DNA from: Cytophagales bacterium | Lineage (GTDB): Bacteria > Bacteroidota > Bacteroidia > Cytophagales > JAAEPT01 | DNA length: 64,000 nt | Assembly (NCBI GenBank): GCA_965230415.1 | Contig: CBDDKZ010000003.1 | Location: forward strand, 125,554 to 189,553 | Direction of reading: 5' to 3' | Part shown: one piece after another, positions 51,363 through 59,979 of the stretch | How the letters are laid out: every line of letters begins with the position of its first letter | Position numbering within the stretch: position 1 is the stretch's first letter | Notes under the pieces: generated by a model | Databases searched by the model: none | Told to the model about the DNA's origin: nothing | The model's input: the letters and a program-made list of their open reading frames with translations, nothing else | Program-made: the position numbers and the translations under genes

Positions 51363-52574
51363 ATGATGTGGGAAAAGTTGTTTTGGCCGGCAGCGTTGAT
51401 GCTTGTGGGTTTATTGATTTCGTCTTGTAAAGAACAGGGTCTTGAAGAAAAAAATACAACTCAGAAAGACCTGAATGCAGAAAATAAGATTCAGTTGCAA
51501 ATGCCAGGCGCTGTACCGCCAGATGGCAAAACCTTATTATTTATTGGTCAGGATTTGGGTTCCGTGGCAGGATACGTGAACTCAGGAAAATTTCCCGTAC
51601 CGGCAGGAACTGTTACCTATGCCTATCCCATGGATAGTGCCGGAGGTTTACTGCCAAATCGGTCTTATTGGGGCTGTGGACCTATGTGCCTCGATGAAAA
51701 TGCGAAACATTACCCCAATTCATTAATAGCGCTGGGAATGTCTTTAGTAGAAAAGGATGAAAAAAGAGAGAACCTCAATAAATTACTTCGTGGTGAATTT
51801 GATGATTACCTCGATATAGCGGCAAAAACGATTCAGCGTGCTAACAGGCCTGTATACGTGCGCATTGGTTATGAATTTGATGGGATTTGGAATCATTATG
51901 ATCCCGAAGAGTATAAAAGTGCATTTAAATATGTTTATCAAAAGATTAAACCTGTTGCCGGTGCTAACTTTATTAGCGTATGGCAAGCATCTACGTCCCC
52001 TGTAGGTGTTATTTTAGATTCTGTTATCAATAAAATTAAAAATAAACCAATTGAACCCTGGTATCCCGGTGACGAGTACGTAGACTGGATTGGCTATTCG
52101 TGGTTTTTAAGTGACGAAAAACAGCATGATTTGACACAAGATCTGTGTGATTTTGCACGAAAAAAAGGTAAACCCGTCATGCTTTGTGAGTCTGCGGTAC
52201 AAGGGTATGAATTAGATTTGCTTACGAAAAAGAATATTGGAGGCCTTTATGATGGTTATCCCGGTGATGATATGCGCAAAGTAACATCCGAAGAAATTTG
52301 GGAGAATTGGTTTCAACCTTATTTTAATTTTATCTACAAAAATACCGATGTAATTAAGGCAGTGTGTTATATAAATTGTGACTGGGATCATCAACCCTTA
52401 TGGGGTAAAGATAATGTTTCCGACTATGCTCCAAGGGGGTACGCCGAAGGTTATTGGGGAGATACGCGAATTGAGGTCAATGAATATATTTCTAAGAAGT
52501 GGCTCGAAGAAATATCAAAAGAAGGCTGGTTAATGGCTGATGATATTGAATTTCCTGCTCCTTTAGAAAAATGA
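51363..52574 (+). CDS. Lipoprotein, putative clan GH-A glycoside hydrolase (distant GH26-like), paralog 2
   Basis: Lipobox LISSCK. Collinear with paralog 1 over the whole mature region without obvious indels, and carries the same motif blocks (PVYVRIGYEFDGIWNHY, WYPGDEYVDWIGYSWF, GKPVMLCES). Confidence 0.5.
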   Translation: MMWEKLFWPAALMLVGLLISSCKEQGLEEKNTTQKDLNAENKIQLQMPGAVPPDGKTLLFIGQDLGSVAGYVNSGKFPVPAGTVTYAYPMDSAGGLLPNRSYWGCGPMCLDENAKHYPNSLIALGMSLVEKDEKRENLNKLLRGEFDDYLDIAAKTIQRANRPVYVRIGYEFDGIWNHYDPEEYKSAFKYVYQKIKPVAGANFISVWQASTSPVGVILDSVINKIKNKPIEPWYPGDEYVDWIGYSWFLSDEKQHDLTQDLCDFARKKGKPVMLCESAVQGYELDLLTKKNIGGLYDGYPGDDMRKVTSEEIWENWFQPYFNFIYKNTDVIKAVCYINCDWDHQPLWGKDNVSDYAPRGYAEGYWGDTRIEVNEYISKKWLEEISKEGWLMADDIEFPAPLEK

Positions 52575-52747
52575 GGAGTTGATTAGCATCATTGCCCAAA
52601 CTCAAATTTTTTATATGCAATGTGAGCGTAGCTATTTTTTACAATTAGATAATCTAAAATTAAAACTAACCGGTATCAGTTTGTTTGGATTTTCATTAGT
52701 TTAGCAATTATTCTTACAATCATTAATTGTCAAATTAATAACAACTT

Positions 52748-54265
52748 ATGGAAATTTCAAAAGCACATTCATATATGCTTGGCCTACTATTTTTTATGCA
52801 TGTTAATGTTATAATAGCACAAAGTAATACGAAGACTATCAAAATTGGATCTGATTATAGTATCAAAAATAATATGGAATGGCAAAATGTAATTGATGTG
52901 GATAAAAATAGTATGATAACTATGTCACATTCGAAAACGGGTAAATTTTTCTACATAAACAAGCCCCACTTCGGTCTTCAAAAATTTAATAATGAGTTAG
53001 AGCTCGTAAAGTCACAGGAGATAGATTTGAAGAAGAATGGTGTTGATATAACATTTAAGGGAATCTTAAAAACGAACACGAAACTTCAATTATTAAGTGC
53101 TCAATATAACAAACAAGATAAGTCTAAGTCCTTGGTAATACAGGAGTTAAATAAGGAAACAGTTGCCTTGAATGCAATTGAGAAAAAACTGGTTACGATT
53201 GAGAAAAGAGATGGCATAGATCCCAATAAGAGCGCTCTGCTGTGTGATCTAAACAATGATTCCACTAAAATTCTTGTAACCAGCATAAGAAGAACCAAAA
53301 AAATGGAGGAGGAATATGATTTTTACATGTATGATGAAAAGCTCAACCTGGTTTGGGATGCAAGTGCCGTATTTAAAAATTTTGATATGGGCGACGGTAT
53401 TTATGATTTAAAAGTTGATAATGAAGGTAATATATACGCTTTGGTGGTGAATTATGAAGATGTTCTTGAAAAATACACCTTGTATTGTATATATGATGAG
53501 GCCACTAAAATTAAAGAAGTAAAGATTGATAGTAAGGACTATAATTTTGGATTCTCCATGAAGTTATTCCTAACAGATAAGCAAGATGTGATATGTACTG
53601 GAGTTTATTCCAAAGACAAGGCTTGGACAGGTAACTATTTTTTGAAAATTGAACACGAAGACCGAAAGGTTAAGGTAAATAAATTCACGACATTTCATGA
53701 GAATCAGGTTATTAATTCTTCTAAAGTAAATACGAAATGGGGTGGGTACGATTTTAAAGATTTAATAGTAAGTGGAGATGGTTCTGCCTATTATTTGTTA
53801 GAGTCAATTTATGTGGGGCAGTCTTGGACATTTTACAATACAGTCACAATTATTAAAGCTAATGCAGAGGGAGAGGTAGATTGGATTACAGCAATACCTA
53901 AACGGCAGGAAGTAACGGGGAAAAACGTAATGTACGCATCTTTTGATGCGGTGATTTATGAAAATCAGCTGTACATGTTTTACAGTGATACACCGGAAAA
54001 CCATCAGCAAAAAGATGCGCTAAGTGCTCCTGCTTTTTTAGATAAAATGGAGGATGTTACTTTCAGTGATCCGTCAGCTTTTTTGTCTTTAAAAATTAGC
54101 CCTAAAGGGAAAATAAGTAAAAAAGTGCTGACCTTTTCGGAGAGATTAGGAGCTAAAGTACCCCTTGTTCAGTACAACTTAAGTTACCCGGGAAAATATT
54201 ACTACGTCACGGCTCGTTCTGCTGGTAAAAAGCGCATGATGAAAATTGATCTTAATAAGCTTTAA
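52748..54265 (+). CDS. Secreted hypothetical protein (505 aa)
   Basis: Signal peptide ending ...VIIAQ. Rich in short beta-strand-like segments. I recognise no motif. A strong terminator follows. Confidence 0.6.
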   Translation: MEISKAHSYMLGLLFFMHVNVIIAQSNTKTIKIGSDYSIKNNMEWQNVIDVDKNSMITMSHSKTGKFFYINKPHFGLQKFNNELELVKSQEIDLKKNGVDITFKGILKTNTKLQLLSAQYNKQDKSKSLVIQELNKETVALNAIEKKLVTIEKRDGIDPNKSALLCDLNNDSTKILVTSIRRTKKMEEEYDFYMYDEKLNLVWDASAVFKNFDMGDGIYDLKVDNEGNIYALVVNYEDVLEKYTLYCIYDEATKIKEVKIDSKDYNFGFSMKLFLTDKQDVICTGVYSKDKAWTGNYFLKIEHEDRKVKVNKFTTFHENQVINSSKVNTKWGGYDFKDLIVSGDGSAYYLLESIYVGQSWTFYNTVTIIKANAEGEVDWITAIPKRQEVTGKNVMYASFDAVIYENQLYMFYSDTPENHQQKDALSAPAFLDKMEDVTFSDPSAFLSLKISPKGKISKKVLTFSERLGAKVPLVQYNLSYPGKYYYVTARSAGKKRMMKIDLNKL

Positions 54266-54270
54266 GCATA

Positions 54271-54302
54271 AAAAAAGCCGCTTTGTAACAAAAGCGGCTT
54301 TT
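54271..54302. terminator. Bidirectional rho-independent terminator (hypothetical gene / gap)
   Basis: 12-bp stem aaaagccgcttt / aaagcggctttt with loop gtaaca and A/T runs on both sides. Confidence 0.7.
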
Positions 54303-54323
54303 AATAATATCATTGAAACTGAA

Positions 54324-55340
<1,017 letters not shown>

Positions 55341-55611
55341 CTATTTAATTCTAAAAAGGAATTTTTAGTCTGTAAAATTAAGCTGCAAGTATACAATAAA
55401 TGGTACCTAAAAACAATTTAGAAAGGGGCAAATGTCGTCATCAGGATCTTATTCTCCATAAAAATAACGAGTATGTGAATTTTTAGCTGATTTTGACAAA
55501 TCTTATCTTTAAATTACGTGACAAATCTCGATACACAGCATTAAAAAGTATTAGAGGGAAACCAGGTATCAACAGCATGTTCAGACGAGCAATGATGCGC
55601 TGAACATTTTT

Positions 55612-57231
55612 ATGATTAAACCAATTATGACTATTGCAAAACAGAGCTACAGTAATCTAAACCTATTATTCTTAACATTAATTTTTTTCCTGACTTTTAG
55701 TTCGGAGACATTCGGGCGTAAGCATGAAAAGCAGTCGAAAAATCATAAGCACACCAAAAATGAAACACAGGAAGTTGATACGGAAAAAAGAGCTGATTTT
55801 ATCATTGGTATAGCCAATAAGATTAGTTACCCAGTAGAATCTGGTGGTGGAATCTACCGTATAGGTGTTTTTGGTAAAGGGAAACACATAAGGGAATTGG
55901 TGCACGAACTTGAAAATAGAGTGCAGAATATGTCTATTGAAGGGAAAAAAGTGGAAGTAGTTCTTTATAAACATGCTAAGCGTATTCATAACGTAGACTT
56001 GTTGTACATTCAGGGGCATAGTAAAATTAGAATCGATGAGATCAATAAACGACTCGGAAACCACCCTTATGTTATCCTGACAGAAAATTATCCTTTCGGG
56101 ACATCCTCATTGAATTTTACATTGAACAAAGAAAATGAATTGTATTACGAGTTAAAAGAAAGTGAAATCGTAAAAAAGGGAGGTATTATCCATAGCAGCT
56201 TAATTGAAGCCCCAAACCGGGTAGACTCTGAAGTGGAGTGGGAAGGGAAATTAAAGGATGCCTTGCAATTAATTGAACATCAGGAAAACAAAATTGAACG
56301 GCAGGTCAATAAAATTCAAGCGCAGGGAACAAAGATAGAAGCGCAATCGCAGGAAATAGATAAGAAGTCGGGTATTATATTCTATCAACGACTTATTATC
56401 GTCTTGGCGATAGCATTTTTAGTGATGATTAGTTTTCTCGGATTTATGCTACTGAGAGTAAATAGAAATCGTAAACGTGCGTTAAAGCGCATCACATCCA
56501 GTATTGAGTACGCCAAGCTTATACAGCAGGCAGTATTACCGCCCAAGACGCTTATATCGGCTATTTTTCCGGAATCATTTGTGTTTTATCAGCCCAAGGA
56601 TATCGTTTCCGGAGATTTTTATTGGCTGGAGAGAGCAGGTGATTTGGTTTTTTTCTCGGCAGCTGATTGTACCGGGCATGGTGTGCCCGGAGCAATGCTC
56701 AGTCTCTTGTGCAGTACTTCACTCACAAAAGTAGTGAAGGATATGGAGGTCTATGAGCCGGCAAAAATTTTGGATGAGACGGTTAAAATTTTGGAATCAT
56801 GTTTTTCCAAGAGCGAAAAGGATGTGTCGGACGGGATGGATCTGGCACTATGTTGCCTCAACCTGAAGACCCTGGAACTGCAATATGCCGGTGCTTTTAA
56901 CCCTTTGTATATAGCGAGTGGCGGCGAGTTAAATGTTATCAAGGCAGACAGAAGACCGGTAGGGATGTTTGAAGGCAAAACAAGCTTTACGAACCATCAA
57001 CTAACGGTGAAAAAAGGCGATTGCATTTATGTTTTGTCAGATGGTTATACCGACCAGTTTGGTGAACAGGAGGGCAAGAAATTCGGATCTAAAAAACTAC
57101 GAGAATTACTGCTCCAAATTTCCGAAAAAGAAATGGAGGTACAAAACAAAGTCATCAGGCGGCAGTTTGTTGATTGGAAAGGAGAAATGGAACAATTGGA
57201 CGATGTATGCTTTATTGGGCTAAAAGTCTAA
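55612..57231 (+). CDS. Membrane-anchored PP2C/SpoIIE-family phosphatase with periplasmic YfiR-like (DUF4154-like) domain
   Basis: Signal/anchor, then an external domain (YRIGVFGKG...VDLLYI...LTENYPF...SSLNF). A coiled coil follows (IERQVNKIQAQGTKIEAQSQEIDKK), then a TM helix. The cytoplasmic SpoIIE-type domain has SGDFYW, DCTGHGVPGA, SDGYTDQ and DDVCFIG. Confidence 0.78.
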   Translation: MIKPIMTIAKQSYSNLNLLFLTLIFFLTFSSETFGRKHEKQSKNHKHTKNETQEVDTEKRADFIIGIANKISYPVESGGGIYRIGVFGKGKHIRELVHELENRVQNMSIEGKKVEVVLYKHAKRIHNVDLLYIQGHSKIRIDEINKRLGNHPYVILTENYPFGTSSLNFTLNKENELYYELKESEIVKKGGIIHSSLIEAPNRVDSEVEWEGKLKDALQLIEHQENKIERQVNKIQAQGTKIEAQSQEIDKKSGIIFYQRLIIVLAIAFLVMISFLGFMLLRVNRNRKRALKRITSSIEYAKLIQQAVLPPKTLISAIFPESFVFYQPKDIVSGDFYWLERAGDLVFFSAADCTGHGVPGAMLSLLCSTSLTKVVKDMEVYEPAKILDETVKILESCFSKSEKDVSDGMDLALCCLNLKTLELQYAGAFNPLYIASGGELNVIKADRRPVGMFEGKTSFTNHQLTVKKGDCIYVLSDGYTDQFGEQEGKKFGSKKLRELLLQISEKEMEVQNKVIRRQFVDWKGEMEQLDDVCFIGLKV

Positions 57232-57315
57232 AAAAAATATTTGACCATAACTGGCATGTTGTCAGGTAATAATGCGTTTGGAGAGTGTGTGGGAAGAAAA
57301 AAAAGGTGTTTCAGT

Positions 57316-57346
57316 TTTGTATATTAAATAACTTCTCTTACCTTTG
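57316..57346 (+). promoter_or_regulatory. Bacteroidota sigma-A-type promoter for tRNA-Glu
   Basis: TTTG at 57316-57319 and TACCTTTG (TAnnTTTG) at 57339-57346, with 19-nt spacing. The tRNA starts 19 nt downstream. Confidence 0.5.
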
Positions 57347-57364
57347 TGCCACTGTTTAAAACAC

Positions 57365-57436
57365 GGTCCGTTCGTCTAGGGGTTAGGACGCCAGGTTTTC
57401 ATCCTGGTAACAGGGGTTCGATTCCCCTACGGACTG
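57365..57436 (+). tRNA. tRNA-Glu (anticodon UUC)
   Basis: Folded by hand into a 72-nt cloverleaf: acceptor GGTCCGT/ACGGACT, D-arm GTCT/GGAC, anticodon stem CCAGG/CCTGG with loop TTTTCAT, and T-arm AGGGG-TTCGATT-CCCCT. CCA is not encoded. Confidence 0.93.
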
Positions 57437-57443
57437 CAAGCTT

Positions 57444-57471
57444 AAGCCTCGAAGAAATTCGAGGCTTTTTT
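57444..57471 (+). terminator. Rho-independent terminator after tRNA-Glu
   Basis: 10-bp stem aagcctcgaa / ttcgaggctt with GAAA loop, followed by tttttt. A second weaker hairpin cagcc...ggctg plus ttttt follows at 57481-57501. Confidence 0.7.
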
Positions 57472-57601
57472 GTTTGTTTCCAGCCAGTATAGGCTGTTTT
57501 TGAGGTTAGATAATCCCCTTCGATCTCGTCTGATGAGCTAGGGTTTTTGGCTCGTTTTTCGTCCTTTTACACCTGTTATTTTTGAAGCTGAAAATGGCTT
57601 T

Positions 57602-57679
57602 TTTTGCCTAGTAACGATCATGAGTTACATTTCGCTAATTATTGATGGTTCGAAAGTGGTGTATCCAATCTAGGCAAAA
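57602..57679. repeat. 10-bp inverted repeat flanking a 58-nt spacer in the tRNA-adjacent gene-free tract
   Basis: ttttgcctag (57602-57611) is the exact reverse complement of ctaggcaaaa (57670-57679). Both arms are embedded in A/T runs. Confidence 0.4.
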
Positions 57680-57850
57680 TCAAAAAAATGCCTGATTGTT
57701 TTACAATTTCTCAACGCAGTAATGTGTAAGTTTCTCCGCCCAATACTACGAATCACCATCAAAATCAGCGCTACATCGTCATCTATTTCATTGGCCAAAA
57801 TGCGCTTGGTTTGCTTAGATAATCGAGGTATTAGGTCTGCTAGCTTTTTT

Positions 57851-57875
57851 CATTTAAGCGCAAGGCGCTTAAATG
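57851..57875. other. Perfect 11-bp hairpin in the gene-free tract
   Basis: catttaagcgc-aag-gcgcttaaatg, preceded by gctagctttttt and followed by ...cactttttat. Orientation and function are unknown. Confidence 0.5.
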
Positions 57876-58139
57876 ACACGCTCACTTTTTATCGACCTAA
57901 ATAAAGATGTAGGCAGACGGACACTCACTCTGCATAATTACGAATCATCCAAAAAACGGATGGAGAATTTCAGTCCTACCTTTTTCAGAAAGACGATTGA
58001 GGGGGCACGTCATCCTGAGCGATAGCGAAGGATCTGTTGAAGTTTATATCACAATTAAAGAAGCTTCAATTTAATTGCTGCTTTTTCTTTCTGTTCATTT
58101 ATATTAGAACTAATAAAAGGAAATCAAGCGCACGGCTCC

Positions 58140-58553
58140 TTAATGCGGCAATTTGTGTTTAATTAGGCCGTATACAAATGTGCCCAATGTAGCCATCAAT
58201 ATGACTAATACAAATAAGAGGGAGCCACTGCCTACCAAGGCGAACATGGGGCCGGGGCAGGCTCCTGTCATGGCCCAGCCAAAGCCGAAAATGGTACCCC
58301 CAGCAAGGTTTGCGAAAATAGTTAGTTTCTTTGGAGCGATGTGTATTTCTTCACCCTTGATGTCCTTTAATTTTCGTTTTTTGATGATCAATATGCTGAT
58401 TGCACCTAAGACCACCGCAGAACCAATAATTCCATACATATGAAACGATTCAAATCGAAACATTTCGTAAATGCGATACCAGCTTATGACCTGGCCTTTT
58501 ATTAGGACTATACCGAAAAATAGTCCGGTAAATAGAAATTTTAACACTTTCAT
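58140..58553 (-). CDS. YeeE/YedE-family membrane protein, small half (putative sulfur-compound transporter component)
   Basis: 137 aa with four TM helices and the GWAMTGACPGP motif typical of the family. Confidence 0.7.
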   Translation of the reverse strand: MKVLKFLFTGLFFGIVLIKGQVISWYRIYEMFRFESFHMYGIIGSAVVLGAISILIIKKRKLKDIKGEEIHIAPKKLTIFANLAGGTIFGFGWAMTGACPGPMFALVGSGSLLFVLVILMATLGTFVYGLIKHKLPH

Positions 58554-58561
58554 AGGGATAA

Positions 58562-59131
58562 TTAGTCAAATTGTAAAAGCCATGGTAATACCAGGTGGGT
58601 TACGGTAAGTCCACCGGCAAAAAAACCGATTACTGAAAGTAGAGAGGGCAGTTGCAAATTGCTTAAACCGCTTATAGCATGTCCTGAGGTACAGCCTCCC
58701 GCATAACGTGTTCCAAAGCCAATTAAGAAACCTCCCAATAACATCATTGTCACACCTCTGATGGATTTAAGTCCCTCCCAACTGAAGATTTCTTCTGGCG
58801 CAAGTACTTCTCCCGGCTTGTTAATGCCCAGGTCCGTTAACTCCTGAACGATCGTATCAGAGATAGGCACTTGTGTGTCGTTGGTCAAAAAAGTCGTGCT
58901 TAACCAGGCTCCTAACACGATGCCTAAAATAAAAACCAGGTTCCACCGCTGTTGCCTCCAGTCGAAGCGGAAAAATGCTGAAAACTTCCCGGCACCTCCG
59001 ATTGCACAAAATGTTTTTAGGTTAGAAGATACACCAAAGGATTTGCCGAGAAAGACCATCGTTAACATGGTTAAAGTAATTAAAGGGCCCACCACATACC
59101 AAGGCCAGGGATCAAGTATTTTTTCCAGCAT
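58562..59131 (-). CDS. YeeE/YedE-family membrane protein, large half
   Basis: TM-rich, with the RYAGGCTSGH motif. The likely start is ATG 59131 (MLEKILDPWPWY) rather than 59158. Lies 8 nt upstream of the small half. Confidence 0.75.
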   Translation of the reverse strand: MLEKILDPWPWYVVGPLITLTMLTMVFLGKSFGVSSNLKTFCAIGGAGKFSAFFRFDWRQQRWNLVFILGIVLGAWLSTTFLTNDTQVPISDTIVQELTDLGINKPGEVLAPEEIFSWEGLKSIRGVTMMLLGGFLIGFGTRYAGGCTSGHAISGLSNLQLPSLLSVIGFFAGGLTVTHLVLPWLLQFD

Positions 59132-59459
59132 TTTTCTATTATTTAAAAGAATACACATTCATTTTCTTAAAAGAGACACCATGAACGTGAACATTGTTTG
59201 CAAAGAAAAAGAGCTAATAATTTATAGTTGGTGACTTACATCACAGAGCAATTAAATTCGTAACATTTAGTAGCGTGAGCTAATGCATTGCCTTTTTGCC
59301 CTGGTAGTTTCTCAATGAAAGTTTCTTAAGGTATTGGAGTAAGCAAAGGGTTGAGTTTTTTTTAATTAAAAATGCAATGCGTTTGTATATTTTGAGTGAC
59401 ACCATGCAGTTTTTAAAATAAAAAATTATAACTTGCTTATTATCATATTTTTAAAGAGA

Positions 59460-59912
59460 ATGCAAAGACTTTTTTATTTATCATTTATTGTTGCTTTAAT
59501 CCTTTATAGCCCCGCATTTTTAAAAGCGCAATTACTGCTCGATGCCAGGGGTAATGAGGGTTTGAATTGTATAGTTGTGGATAACCCTTCAACAAGTGCT
59601 ATAGCGAGTGGATGGAAAATAGATGCCAATAGTACTTACAGTGAGGATTGTATCATTACTGCCTTATTTCCGAATAACGCATATCGTTTCGAAATTCTCA
59701 ACAATCCTGCCAATGGTGTGCTAGTGATACGTGCTGATGAGGTCGCTGCTATGACTTTGTTTAATGCAAAAGGGGAGTTGGTTTTGAGAAAATACCCCTT
59801 GAGCGCTGGTATCAATGATTATGACATAGCCCATTTAAGATCCGGATTGTACTACATACACATTCAAAGTGTGAATAATTATGTCACCGAGCGTCTTTTT
59901 TTTAATGAATAA
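59460..59912 (+). CDS. Small secreted protein with T9SS type-A C-terminal sorting domain
   Basis: Signal peptide MQRLFYLSFIVALILYSPAFLKAQ from ATG 59460. The last 75 aa or so (FEILNNPANGVLVI...MTLFNAKGELVL...IAHLRSGLYYIHIQ...) fit the Por secretion tail pattern. Confidence 0.62.
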   Translation: MQRLFYLSFIVALILYSPAFLKAQLLLDARGNEGLNCIVVDNPSTSAIASGWKIDANSTYSEDCIITALFPNNAYRFEILNNPANGVLVIRADEVAAMTLFNAKGELVLRKYPLSAGINDYDIAHLRSGLYYIHIQSVNNYVTERLFFNE

Positions 59913-59979
59913 CACGGTGTAGCCTTTTTTGAGTCTTGTGATGAAAAATCCAATTATATACCTGAAAAGCCTTAATGTT

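Noticed and set aside
57530-57570. CUGAUGA box followed by a 4-bp helix (gagc...gctc), reminiscent of a hammerhead ribozyme core.
   Set aside because: The obligatory GAAA after helix II is absent (GUUUUUCG instead). I could not build helices I and III or find a GUH cleavage site in the right register.
57722-57904. 60-aa plus-strand ORF in the tRNA-adjacent tract.
   Set aside because: It has no promoter or start context, a Ser/Arg/Leu-rich random-looking composition, and it spans the 11-bp hairpin. I treat it as non-coding. The region is reported as a finding instead.
57365-58139. Integrated mobile element at tRNA-Glu.
   Set aside because: No integrase, excisionase or transposase ORF on either strand. 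I could not find a direct repeat of the tRNA 3' half (ggttcgattcccctacggact) downstream. Only a possible remnant is claimed.
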